Shown here in pieces: positions 29,224 to 38,945 of a DNA stretch of 64,000 bases. The position numbers and the translations under genes are program-made. Every line of letters starts with the position of its first letter. Positions within the stretch are counted from its first letter, which is position 1. The notes beneath the pieces are model-generated. The model was given only the letters and a program-made list of their open reading frames with translations. It had not been told where the DNA came from and did not search any database. Source of the stretch: an uncultured Acidimicrobiales bacterium (GTDB lineage: Bacteria; Actinomycetota; Acidimicrobiia; Acidimicrobiales; CAWCAL01); the NCBI GenBank assembly GCA_963695075.1, contig CAVOFR010000001.1:134724-198723 (forward strand), read 5' to 3'.

Positions 29224-30066
29224 ATGACCGTCGCATTCCTCGTCGCGATCGCACTCGTCGGGCTGATGGCCGGGTCCTTCACCACGATGCTGATACACCG
29301 CGCCCCGGTCGACACGTCGCTCGTGGGCGCGCCCGTCTGCCCACACTGCGACGCCCGCCTCGGTGGGCGGGAGCTCGTCCCCGTCGTGTCCTGGTTCGTC
29401 CAGGGCGGCCGGTGCCGGCACTGCGGTCATGCGTTGTCGCGGCGGTACCCCATCGTCGAGTTGGCGACCGCGGCACTGATGGTGGTGCTGGCGATCGCCT
29501 TCGGGGCGACTTGGGAGGTGGTCCCGCCGTTGGTGTCGGTCCCGGTCCTCGTCGCGGCGAGCGCCATCGACCTGGTCACCTACCGGATCCCGAACCGGCT
29601 CGTCTGGCCCTCGTTGGCGGTGGGTGTCGTCGTGGTCGTGGCCTGCGCTCAGCTGATGAGCGAGACCGATCGCATCGTGGGTGCGGGGGTCGGAGCACTG
29701 CTGTTCTCCGGGATGCTGTTCATCCCTCATCTGATCATGCCGGCCGGGATGGGATTCGGCGACGTGAAGTTCGCCCTCTTCCTCGGACTCAACCTCGGCT
29801 GGCTCCATGCCGCACTGCCCTTACCGGCCATGGTCACGGCGACCCTCCTCGCCGCCGTGATCGGCCTGGCCCTGCGGGGCACCGGCGTGATCTCCGCTCC
29901 CTCGAACGAGGACGGAGAGGGCGGTACCGAGGGACCCGAAGGGCTGCCACCGCCGAAGCGGAAACTCCGACGCACCCGGATCCCGTTCGGGCCATTCCTG
30001 GCCGCGGGTACGTACATCGCCTACCTGGTCGAGAACCCGGTGATCGACGCCTGGCTCAACTCCTAA
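29224..30066 (+). CDS. prepilin peptidase (A24)
   Basis: CPHC...CRHC Zn motifs, AIDL and GFGD catalytic aspartates, IPFGPFL. Confidence 0.92.
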   Translation: MTVAFLVAIALVGLMAGSFTTMLIHRAPVDTSLVGAPVCPHCDARLGGRELVPVVSWFVQGGRCRHCGHALSRRYPIVELATAALMVVLAIAFGATWEVVPPLVSVPVLVAASAIDLVTYRIPNRLVWPSLAVGVVVVVACAQLMSETDRIVGAGVGALLFSGMLFIPHLIMPAGMGFGDVKFALFLGLNLGWLHAALPLPAMVTATLLAAVIGLALRGTGVISAPSNEDGEGGTEGPEGLPPPKRKLRRTRIPFGPFLAAGTYIAYLVENPVIDAWLNS

Positions 30067-30800
30067 CCGAGCGACGACCAGACACCACAGCCGTTGGAGT
30101 CGAAGCGATCGACCTCGGGTCCGATGTCGACGGTGACCGGTCCGGCTTCGGTGCGCTCGTCGCTGAACAGCACCCGGTCATCGGCGGACAGCTTCTGGTA
30201 CCGGCAGCCGGCAGGGGCCATGGTCCGGTAGGTCCCGGCCGCTATGTCGGTGCCGACACGGAAGACTCCCGAAGCGAAGGCTTGCGCCGTCGGACCGGGG
30301 ACGGTCGAGCCGGTACCGGCGTCCAGACCGGCCTCCCTGGCGTCGAGCTCGGCCTCCCGGGCGTCGAGCTCGGCGACGAGCGCCTCGATCTCGCCCTCGC
30401 GCTCGGCGACGTCTCGCTCCCGGCTCGTGATCAAGACCTCGTCGGCGAAGCCGGGAGAAACGGTCGTCGACGTCACGGTCGTCGACTCGAAACCCACCTG
30501 GGCGTCGATCTCCTCCTGGAGCTCGTCACGCTGGTCGATCGCGATGTCGAGTCGCCGCTCGAGGAGTTGCTGGCGGCGGGAGAAGTCGAGTGCGTTCAGC
30601 GTCATGGCGACGATGATCAGGCCGCAGAATGCGACGAATGCCCACGGCAGCCAGGGCCGGCGGCCGCTCCACGAGCGAAGCGGCGGGAGGTCGGTGGCCT
30701 TCGGGGGTCGCTTCGGTGACCCGGTCGTCGGCCTGGGGCTCGCCTTCCTCGCCTCGGAGGTACCGGCGCGCTCTCCCTCTCCGTTTCCCCGTGCCATCAC
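30063..30800 (-). CDS. membrane-anchored coiled-coil hypothetical protein
   Basis: One TM, LDAREAE heptad repeats, C-terminal GVFRVGTDIAAGTY domain. Confidence 0.7.
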   Translation of the reverse strand: MMARGNGEGERAGTSEARKASPRPTTGSPKRPPKATDLPPLRSWSGRRPWLPWAFVAFCGLIIVAMTLNALDFSRRQQLLERRLDIAIDQRDELQEEIDAQVGFESTTVTSTTVSPGFADEVLITSRERDVAEREGEIEALVAELDAREAELDAREAGLDAGTGSTVPGPTAQAFASGVFRVGTDIAAGTYRTMAPAGCRYQKLSADDRVLFSDERTEAGPVTVDIGPEVDRFDSNGCGVWSSLG

Positions 30801-30894
30801 GTCCCCGCATCAAGCCCTGCCTTCGGGCGGTGTCATGGTAACCGTTCGGACGACGCCGAGGAGCTGCCGGGTCGGTCCGAAGCTGCAGCGGCTG

Positions 30895-32790
30895 TCAGAC
30901 ACCGACGGGCAGCGGCACCTCGACGCCGTGGCGAAGTGAGTGGAACGGGTGAGCCACCGTGCAGAACCAGATGAGGATGTCGGATGATTCCGTCGGAACC
31001 GCGGTGAACTCGACTCCGATGCGCCAGGTGTCGCGCTCCGCGAGCCGGCTGCAGTGGCGTACGAGGCCCGGCAGGTGGAGGATCTGGGGGTGGCCGCCCG
31101 CGTCGGTCAGCGTGGCCTGGACGTCGAGCGTCTCGTACGGCTCGTACGCGACGGCGGTTTCGATACCCATGCCGAGGGGGCTGATGTCCAGGACATGCAC
31201 CACCGTGTCGTCCACGACGGCCTGCATGTCGGTGAGTACACGGAACCGTCGACGGCGCTGAACGTGGCGGGACAGGATGCCCAGCACGTCCAGGATCTGT
31301 ACGACGAGCCAGCCCGCGACCGTGAACAGCACCAGGACGGCCAGGCCGCGGAGCGACCCCGGCTCGCGGGTGACGGCGACAGTGCGGTATGCCATGGCCG
31401 CCACCACCGCGGCGAGTACCCCCGTGAGGAGGCGCAGCTGGGAGAGCGGAGCCGCACCGCCGGTGGTGGTCGGGTCCTTGGGGACGTACCGGAACCGCGA
31501 CCGGCGCCCGAACAGGGCGCCGCTCAGCCCCGCGATGTGCACCCCCAGGTACCGAAGGTCCTGGCGGGTCCAGTCGCCCGGCTCGAGGCGGCCCCGAGCC
31601 AGGATCACCCGGCTGGCTCCGGCAAGAACCAAGTAGGGGACCGCGATGAAGGCGAGCTCGAAGATGGAGGCATGCAACGGTAGCGATCCCGATACGAGGG
31701 CGCCGACGAGGACGGCGATCACGAGGAGTTTCTGTACGGCCATGAGCGGCCGGACCAAGAGGCTGGCATGGCCCAGTCGGCTTCCGATGGACAGACCCGG
31801 CGCCCACAAGGGGGAGTCTGTCGTCAGGACGGCGCTCCACCGGCCACGCGTCGACCGCTCCCGGGTGCGCATCAACGCTTCCACCGACTGCGGTCCGTGG
31901 GTTTCGACCAACGTCTCGGCGTGGTGCCGGATCACGAGCCGCTTGCGCTGCATTCGCAGGCCGGTCAGGTACTCGGGTGTCTGGCTCAGCGTCGCCATGC
32001 CCCCGACGAGAAGAAGCGCGTCGCGGCGCACCATGGCGGGTCCCTCGACCCACGGCAGGTTGCCCGACCGATCGAGGCTGGGGACGATGACCTCGCGTTC
32101 GAGCGCGAGGTCGTGACGATCATCGAGGCTGTGGGTGATCGGGCTGCGGCTGGCGTCGCGGGATCCGCAGATCACGACCGCGACGTCGGGATCGTCGAAG
32201 TAGCGGTCGGTGGCGGTGAGCGTGTCCGGCATCGGCACATCTCCGGCGGCCAACAGGAGGACGAGCTCGGATGACAGCCGGGGGAGCAGCTCGTTGATGT
32301 TGCCCGCCCTCGCTCCATCGGTGGATCCGCGATGGACGTAGGCGACGCCGAGGCGGTGGGCCAGCTCCCGGAGCTCGCCTCGATCGCCGTCGTCGGCCAG
32401 CACGATGTTGGCCGCACCTGCGACCGACAGCGCGCCGAGCAACGACGTGCGAACCGAGGCGACCGGGTCGTTGAACGTGGTCACCACGATGTCGGTCGTG
32501 AAGTCGGGGCGGCGTCGTTGCCAGTCCCGGTCGGGCAGGTGCCATGTCTGCGACACGAGCAGGGCGAGCCCGACCCAGCCGATCATCTCGGCGATGATGA
32601 GCGGCCAGAACAACCATGGCGCGGCACCGTCGACGGTCGCCTGCATGCGCCAGCCCAGGTATCCCAGTCCCCAGATCAGGGTCACGACGCCGGCGCCGCG
32701 AACGGTCCGCTCTGCCACCGGCGATCGGCGACGGTACGGATCGGTGGCGATGCGTCTGTTGCTCGACGGCAGCCCTCTTGGTGCACGCAT
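30895..32790 (-). CDS. BcsA-like GT2 membrane protein with C-terminal PilZ; catalytic motifs degenerate
   Basis: YLGWR, TFNDP, DDG, RAGNIN, FRYVPK; PilZ QRRRRFR and DISPLG; DxD, TED and QxxRW replaced. Confidence 0.8.
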   Translation of the reverse strand: MRAPRGLPSSNRRIATDPYRRRSPVAERTVRGAGVVTLIWGLGYLGWRMQATVDGAAPWLFWPLIIAEMIGWVGLALLVSQTWHLPDRDWQRRRPDFTTDIVVTTFNDPVASVRTSLLGALSVAGAANIVLADDGDRGELRELAHRLGVAYVHRGSTDGARAGNINELLPRLSSELVLLLAAGDVPMPDTLTATDRYFDDPDVAVVICGSRDASRSPITHSLDDRHDLALEREVIVPSLDRSGNLPWVEGPAMVRRDALLLVGGMATLSQTPEYLTGLRMQRKRLVIRHHAETLVETHGPQSVEALMRTRERSTRGRWSAVLTTDSPLWAPGLSIGSRLGHASLLVRPLMAVQKLLVIAVLVGALVSGSLPLHASIFELAFIAVPYLVLAGASRVILARGRLEPGDWTRQDLRYLGVHIAGLSGALFGRRSRFRYVPKDPTTTGGAAPLSQLRLLTGVLAAVVAAMAYRTVAVTREPGSLRGLAVLVLFTVAGWLVVQILDVLGILSRHVQRRRRFRVLTDMQAVVDDTVVHVLDISPLGMGIETAVAYEPYETLDVQATLTDAGGHPQILHLPGLVRHCSRLAERDTWRIGVEFTAVPTESSDILIWFCTVAHPFHSLRHGVEVPLPVGV

Positions 32791-32861
32791 GGAAACTCCC
32801 GGATGTATTCGCCCACCATCTGCATCGGCAGCGAATGGCGTGACCTGAGGCGACCGGGTCG

Positions 32862-33800
32862 TCAGTGGCCGGACAGCGACCCCACGATCGGTGCCATCGC
32901 CTCGCACGCGTCGCCCTGGAGGACGTAGTAGGAGACGCCCCATCGGTCGCGGCGGGCTTCGAGATCGGCCCGGATCTCGGCTTCCGATCCGATCCAGACG
33001 TGGGGGATCTGCAGGGCGGCGTCTCCGTCGAGGCCGAAGAGGCTGCCGATCAGTTCGGCGGTGCCGGCTCGATCATCGGTCAGCACGGCGGCCAGGACGA
33101 GCATGTTGAGCTCGACCCGATCCCAGCGGTCGCCGGCCACCTCGCGCACCCAGGCGACCTTGCGGTCGGTCGCCTCGGCAGTAGCGTCGGCTGCGGCCTC
33201 GGGTCCGACCTCGCCGGCCTTCATGCTCGGGTTGATCCCGACGATGTCGGCCTCTCGTGCTGCGATGGACAGGACTCGCTTGCCGCCTCCGCCGATCAGG
33301 AAGGGGGGTCGAGGTCGCTGGACCGGCTTGGGGGTTCCCTCCAAGCCGGTGACCCGGTAGTGGTCACCGTCGAAGGTGACAGGGCCGTCGGCGAAGAGCC
33401 CCTTGATGACGGCGATGGCCTCCTCCATGCGACCGACCCTGACGCCGGGTGGGTCGAGCGCGATGCCGGCCTGCTCGTAGTCGGTGGTCATCCAGCCCGC
33501 ACCGAGGCCCACCTCGAGTCGGCCGCCGGAGAGCACGTCGATGGTGGCGAGCTCCTTCGCGGTGACGACCGGGTGCTTGTAGTCGTTGTCGAGGACGAGC
33601 GCGCCCACCTTCAAGCTGGTCGTGGCGGCCGCCGCTGCCATCATCGCGGGCATCGGAGCCAACTGGTCACCGAAGTGATCGGGAAGGAACAGTGAGTCGT
33701 AGCCGAGCGACTCCACGTGCCGGGCGGTGTCGGCCCATGATCGGTCTCCGAGGGGTTGATTGAGCTGGATACCGAACCGGAACGTACGGAGATGCGCCAT
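32862..33800 (-). CDS. LLM class F420-dependent oxidoreductase
   Basis: FRFGIQ, PDHF, LSGGRLEVGLGAGW, IGGGGKRVL; TAGATT-N6-ATG. Confidence 0.9.
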   Translation of the reverse strand: MAHLRTFRFGIQLNQPLGDRSWADTARHVESLGYDSLFLPDHFGDQLAPMPAMMAAAAATTSLKVGALVLDNDYKHPVVTAKELATIDVLSGGRLEVGLGAGWMTTDYEQAGIALDPPGVRVGRMEEAIAVIKGLFADGPVTFDGDHYRVTGLEGTPKPVQRPRPPFLIGGGGKRVLSIAAREADIVGINPSMKAGEVGPEAAADATAEATDRKVAWVREVAGDRWDRVELNMLVLAAVLTDDRAGTAELIGSLFGLDGDAALQIPHVWIGSEAEIRADLEARRDRWGVSYYVLQGDACEAMAPIVGSLSGH

Positions 33801-33906
33801 CCGCCGAATCTAACGGATTCGCCGAATCCAACGGGCCGAGTGGTGCCTGCCTCGAGTGCGGGGTTGCCGATGAACCCAGGACCGGAGGCGTTAGCCTCAA
33901 CTGGTC

Positions 33907-36159
33907 GTGAAGTACTTCGGTCGCACCGCTCTGCGCCTCATCGCGGTCTTCGTGATCGGTCCGCTGCTCCTGGTCGGCACCGTACTGGTCGCAGCGCCGT
34001 ACGTGGCCGAGCTCGCCGGAGTCGCTTCGGCCGAGAGCGACGAGATCGTTCTGCCTCCGCCCGAGAACCGCTCTGTGGTGTACGCGGCCGACGGCTCGGT
34101 ACTGGCCGTCCTCCACGGTGAGTTCAATCGATCCAACGTCCCGCTGTCGAGCATCCCCGATGCCGTGATCAATGCGGTCCTGGCGGTCGAGGACGACGAC
34201 TTCTACGAACACGACGGCGTCGACGTCAGCGCCACGGCCCGGGCGGCGTTGGCCGATGTCTCGTCCGGAGAGATCGAGCAGGGTGGTTCGACCATCACCC
34301 AGCAGCTGATCAAGAACACGGTGCTCGACTCGGGCCAGGACGTCGAGCGGAAGTTCCGCGAGGCCGTCCTGGCCATGAGACTCGAGGACCAGTACGAGGC
34401 CGAGCTCGGTTCCAAGGAGGCCGCCAAGGACAAGATCCTCGAGGAGTATCTCAACCGGGTGTACTTCGGCGGTGGCGCCTACGGAGTCGAAGCCGCGGCC
34501 GAGGTCTACTGGGGTGCCCCGGTGTCGTTCCTCGGCTACGGCGAGGCAGCTCTGCTGGCCAGTCTCATCAGGAGTCCGCACGCGTACGATCCGACACGAT
34601 CACCGGACGTTGCTCGCGAGCGTCGCGCTCTGGCCCTGGGCCGGTTGGTCGAGGAGGAGCACCTCACCCGGGCCGAGGCCGACGAGTATCTCGATGACCC
34701 CCTGCCATCGGCCCGCCAACAGGTCCTGCCTCCCCCCGAGGACTACTTCGTCGAGGACGTCAAACAGCAGCTGCTCGACGACCCACGGTTGGGCGACACG
34801 GCCGAGGAGCGGCAAGCCGCGGTCTTCTCGGGTGGCCTGGCCATCCACACGACGCTCGACCCGGTCGCTCAGGAGCAGGCGGTGGCGGCCCGTGACGCCC
34901 GTCTGCCCAGGGAACCCGTCGAGGTCGTCGATCCCGCGACGGGGGAGCTCACGACGGCGACGTTCGATGCAGCCATCGTCGCCGTGCAGCCTTCGACCGG
35001 GGCCGTCCGGGCCATGGTGGGCGGGCCCGGGTTCGACACGGTCCAGTTCAATCTCGCTTCGCAGAGCAGGAACTCGCCCGGGTCCTCGTTCAAGATGTTC
35101 GTCCTCGCGACCGCGCTGGAGGAGGGCATGGTCCCGACCGACACCATCTCCGGCAGCGGGCCCTGCGTGTTCGAGAATCCGCCGAACGCCGACTACGAGG
35201 CCGAGAACTTCGGGAATTCCCGCGGACGCACCGCCACGCTGAAGAGCCAGACCACGTCGTCCTCGAACTGCGCCTTTCTCCGACTCGGTCAGGTGGCCGG
35301 GCTGGAGAACGTGATCGACACCGCCCATCGCATGGGCATCACCAGTCAGCTCGATCCCGTCCTCTCGCTCCCGCTCGGCTCGATGGTGGTGACCGTCCTG
35401 GAGATGGCCGGCGCCTACGCCACCATCGCCAACGACGGCGTGCACCATCGGCCCTACCTCGTCGATCGAGTCGTCGACGGTTCCGGGAACGTCCTCGTCG
35501 AGCACCGGGACGATGCGCGGCGGGCGGTCAGCCGGCAGACGGCCCGCCTGGTCACGGAAATCCTCGAGGCGAACGTCCGCGGTGGCACCGGGACCAATGC
35601 CCGACTCGACTATCCCTGCGTGGACGAGCCGCTCGAACAGCCGGCGGCCGGCAAGACGGGCACCGGCCAGGACTTCAAAGACGCCTACTTCGTCGGCTTC
35701 ACCCCCCATCTGGCCACCGCGGTCTGGATGGGTAGCGCCGGAGATCAGAAGTACGAGATGCGTGACGTGCGGGGGACCGATCGGTGCGGCGCGACGCTGG
35801 TACGCAGCGTGACCGGCGGTTCGTTCCCAGCTGTGATCTGGGGTGAGTTCAACAACGCCTACCACCAGGGCCGCAGAGTCGTGCCGTTCGTCGAGCCCGA
35901 GTCGACCCGCAGCGGTCGCCACATCGATGAGGACGACGGCCTCACCTCCGGTGGGGGGCAGTCCTATAGCTCCAGCTCACCGGGAACGGCGACGTCGACG
36001 ACCACGGTGCCGACCTCGTCGACGACGATCGACCCGGACGGACCGGTGGCGACGACGATTCCCCCCGAACCAGAACCGACGGTACCTCCGCCCCCGGTGA
36101 CCGAACCGCCTGCCACCACGGAACCGCCTCCACCGCCACCTACTAGCGTGGCGGACTGA
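33907..36159 (+). CDS. class A penicillin-binding protein (transglycosylase/transpeptidase)
   Basis: EDDDFYEH, GGSTITQQL, YLNRVYFG, SSFK, SSN, KTG; Pro/Thr-rich tail. Confidence 0.95.
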   Translation: MKYFGRTALRLIAVFVIGPLLLVGTVLVAAPYVAELAGVASAESDEIVLPPPENRSVVYAADGSVLAVLHGEFNRSNVPLSSIPDAVINAVLAVEDDDFYEHDGVDVSATARAALADVSSGEIEQGGSTITQQLIKNTVLDSGQDVERKFREAVLAMRLEDQYEAELGSKEAAKDKILEEYLNRVYFGGGAYGVEAAAEVYWGAPVSFLGYGEAALLASLIRSPHAYDPTRSPDVARERRALALGRLVEEEHLTRAEADEYLDDPLPSARQQVLPPPEDYFVEDVKQQLLDDPRLGDTAEERQAAVFSGGLAIHTTLDPVAQEQAVAARDARLPREPVEVVDPATGELTTATFDAAIVAVQPSTGAVRAMVGGPGFDTVQFNLASQSRNSPGSSFKMFVLATALEEGMVPTDTISGSGPCVFENPPNADYEAENFGNSRGRTATLKSQTTSSSNCAFLRLGQVAGLENVIDTAHRMGITSQLDPVLSLPLGSMVVTVLEMAGAYATIANDGVHHRPYLVDRVVDGSGNVLVEHRDDARRAVSRQTARLVTEILEANVRGGTGTNARLDYPCVDEPLEQPAAGKTGTGQDFKDAYFVGFTPHLATAVWMGSAGDQKYEMRDVRGTDRCGATLVRSVTGGSFPAVIWGEFNNAYHQGRRVVPFVEPESTRSGRHIDEDDGLTSGGGQSYSSSSPGTATSTTTVPTSSTTIDPDGPVATTIPPEPEPTVPPPPVTEPPATTEPPPPPPTSVAD

Positions 36160-36180
36160 CCGAGCCGACCAGGAGGGTAC

Positions 36181-36903
36181 ATGGGCCAGTTCGAGGCGCT
36201 CTTGATCGTGCAGGAGCTGGACACCACGCTCGACCAGCTCGAGCATCGAAGGGCCACTCTGCCCGAGCGCGAGCGGTTGACCGCCGCCGAGGAACAACTC
36301 GCAGCCATCGATGGGGTTGCGTCCGAGGTGCAGGGACGCCGGGACGAGCTCGGCCGCAGGGCGAAGCGGATCGAGGACGAGGTGGCGCTCCTCGACGAGA
36401 AGATCGCTCGGGAAGAGGACAAGCTCTACCGGGGCAATCTGACGTCGGCCAAGGACGCGCAGATGCTGCAGGACGAGATCGCCGGGTTGCGACGCCACAA
36501 GACCCAGCTCGAGGACGGCATCATAGAGCTGATGGAGCTGAGCGAGCCGGTGGACGACGAGCTCACTTCGCTGGCTGAGCAGCGCGGTGGCATCGACGCC
36601 GAGATGGTGGCGACACGCGCCGATCTGGAGGCCGCTGAAGCTGAGATCGGCGGTGAGGTCGCCGTCCTCCGGGGTCAGCGAGATGAACGGGTCGGTGAGA
36701 TCGATGCAGATCTCCTCGCTGAGTACAGCCGCCTCCGCGAGCAGCTGGGCGGGGTCGCTGTGGCCAGCTTCTCAGCGGGTCGCTGCCACGGCTGTCCGCT
36801 GAACCTCCAGCATCCGGCGATGGAGGTCGATCGCATCGCCCACGAGCCGCCCGAGGCGGTCGTGTACTGCGACGAGTGCAGCCGCATGCTCGTGCGAGTC
36901 TGA
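36181..36903 (+). CDS. coiled-coil C4 zinc-ribbon protein (Rv2229c-like)
   Basis: LIVQELD, long coiled coil, CHGC...CDEC. Confidence 0.9.
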   Translation: MGQFEALLIVQELDTTLDQLEHRRATLPERERLTAAEEQLAAIDGVASEVQGRRDELGRRAKRIEDEVALLDEKIAREEDKLYRGNLTSAKDAQMLQDEIAGLRRHKTQLEDGIIELMELSEPVDDELTSLAEQRGGIDAEMVATRADLEAAEAEIGGEVAVLRGQRDERVGEIDADLLAEYSRLREQLGGVAVASFSAGRCHGCPLNLQHPAMEVDRIAHEPPEAVVYCDECSRMLVRV

Positions 36904-36909
36904 CCTTCG

Positions 36910-37416
36910 GTGTTCTTCTGGTTCGTCGGCGCAGGCGTCCTCCTCGTCTGGCTCGTCTTCCAGACCCCGACGATCGACTATCGCCTGGTGGCGGTCGGGT
37001 CGGTCGTCCCCCTGGTCGACGGGTTCTTCGGTGGCCCGCGGGTTCTCCACACGCTGTTGGCCCCGGTCGTTGCCTTGACCCTCGTGATGGTCGCCACCAT
37101 CGGGAAGCGCCTGCGTAGGAGGCAGTGGCTCGGCATCCCGATCGGGATGTTCCTCCATCTCGTCCTCGATGGGACCTGGTCGGATCAGGAGCAGTTCTGG
37201 TGGCCGCTGCGAGGTACCGAGTTCGCCAGTGGCGGGCTGGCCGAGTGGAACCGGGGCGTCACGGGTCTCGTCCTGGAGCTGGCCGGAATCGTCGCCATCT
37301 GGTGGATGGTGCACCGCTTCGATCTGGTTGATCCCGATCGCCGTCGGCGCTTTCTGGACACCGGCCAGCTCGATCGATCCCTGCTCGCCTCCGACCACAC
37401 CCCACCGCCGTGTTGA
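36910..37416 (+). CDS. membrane protein, metal-dependent hydrolase-like
   Basis: Hydrophobic helices, LHTLL, HLVLD, WWP. Confidence 0.7.
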   Translation: MFFWFVGAGVLLVWLVFQTPTIDYRLVAVGSVVPLVDGFFGGPRVLHTLLAPVVALTLVMVATIGKRLRRRQWLGIPIGMFLHLVLDGTWSDQEQFWWPLRGTEFASGGLAEWNRGVTGLVLELAGIVAIWWMVHRFDLVDPDRRRRFLDTGQLDRSLLASDHTPPPC

Positions 37417-37997
37417 TCCTGGTCCGTCACGGGCGCACGGCAGCCAACGCGGCGGGCCTCCTCCAGGGCAGACGTGACAACCCGCTCGACGAGGTGGGCC
37501 GGAAGCAGGCGACCGCCGTCGCCGCCCATGTCGGCCCGGTGGATCGCGTCGTGGCGAGTCCCCTTCTGCGGGCACGGCAGACGGCTGCGGCGTTCGGCGG
37601 GGAGGTCCGGGTCGACGATCGCTTCGTCGAGCTCGACTACGGCGAATGGGAAGCGCGACCGGTCGCTGATGTACCCCTCGAGACGTGGGCGTCCTGGCGA
37701 GAGGACCTGGACTTCAGACCGCCCGGCGGTGAGTCGCTCCGCACTCTCGGTACCCGCGTTCGGCTGGGGCTGGACGACCTGGTCGTCGAGGCGGCCGACC
37801 AGCGGGTCGTCGTCGTCAGTCACGTCTCGCCGATCAAAGCGGGGATCGCCTGGGCCCTTGGCGTGGGCGACGAAGCCACGTGGCGAATGTGGGTTGGAAC
37901 GGCTTCGGTGTCCGAGATCGGGCTACGCAACGGCGAGCCGTCGTTGCGTTCGTTCAATCAGACCGCCCCGACGGGGGAAGGCTCGACGGTCGGATAA
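37410..37997 (+). CDS. histidine phosphatase family protein
   Basis: LVRHG, SPLLRARQT, ELDYGEWE, GGES, VSH. Confidence 0.92.
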   Translation: MLILVRHGRTAANAAGLLQGRRDNPLDEVGRKQATAVAAHVGPVDRVVASPLLRARQTAAAFGGEVRVDDRFVELDYGEWEARPVADVPLETWASWREDLDFRPPGGESLRTLGTRVRLGLDDLVVEAADQRVVVVSHVSPIKAGIAWALGVGDEATWRMWVGTASVSEIGLRNGEPSLRSFNQTAPTGEGSTVG

Positions 37998-38002
37998 GGG
38001 TT

Positions 38003-38866
38003 TCAGACGGCCGCTTTCCGGCGTTTGGCCGGGAGCGGGTCAGTGGCGGCCGGATCCTCCAGGTACGTGCGGAAGATCCTCGAGATGGTCGCGGCCTGAT
38101 AACCGTCGATGAACCGATGGTCGATCCCGGCTGCGAGGGGCAGGATCGGGCGGGCGACGACCGCGCCGTCCTCGACGACCGCCATGTCCTTCACTCGGCC
38201 CACGGCGATGTTGACGGGGGCTTTGCACATCCGGGGCATCGGAGCGTAGGCCCGGTCGAGCCCGAATGTGCCGACGTTGGTGACCAGGACCGATCCGAAC
38301 GGGCGAGCCTCGAGCCCGAGCAGGGGGAGGGGAAGCTGGAGGTCTTCGGTGAGGAGCGTCGTGATGTTCACGAATGAACGCAGGACCAGCGGTGGCATCA
38401 GCCTGGTCAGCTGCTTGGTGGCCTTGAACATCGGATCGTTGCCGGTCCGGATCCGGTCAGCTCGATCGTCCAGCTCGCGGGCGATCTCCCACGGTGTCTT
38501 GTGGTCGACCTCGCGGACCACCGCTCCGGACAGGTCGGTGGCCTCGGCTTCTTCCCCGCTGGTGGTCACGTCCCGGCGCATCGAGACGGTGAAGAACACG
38601 TCGATGGTGGGGGAGGGGAGAAACCGACCTCCGAGCACGCGACCATTCAGGGCGGGCAGCTCGGCGATCACAAGCCCGCTGGCCCGGCCGACGAGGTGGT
38701 TCATGGTGACGTGCTCGCCGGTCCGGGAGCGTGCCGACCGGATGAAGGACAAGGCTCGGCGCGCGTCGATGTCCAGGTCGGCCATGATCCAGCCGTCGGT
38801 GCGCCGGCTCCATGTGGCCATCGCGATCTTGCGCCATTGGGAGAACGGGATCTTCTTCGCGGCCAT
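38003..38866 (-). CDS. stand-alone 2-oxoacid dehydrogenase acyltransferase catalytic domain
   Basis: TNVG, DHRFIDG; no lipoyl or E3-binding domain. Confidence 0.85.
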   Translation of the reverse strand: MAAKKIPFSQWRKIAMATWSRRTDGWIMADLDIDARRALSFIRSARSRTGEHVTMNHLVGRASGLVIAELPALNGRVLGGRFLPSPTIDVFFTVSMRRDVTTSGEEAEATDLSGAVVREVDHKTPWEIARELDDRADRIRTGNDPMFKATKQLTRLMPPLVLRSFVNITTLLTEDLQLPLPLLGLEARPFGSVLVTNVGTFGLDRAYAPMPRMCKAPVNIAVGRVKDMAVVEDGAVVARPILPLAAGIDHRFIDGYQAATISRIFRTYLEDPAATDPLPAKRRKAAV

Positions 38867-38945
38867 GACAACCCCCTGAGGTCACCCCATCCTCATCACC
38901 GCTTCGCCCGGCGCGCTAGGGCCGGAAGTCACCGCCTCGGGTGTT

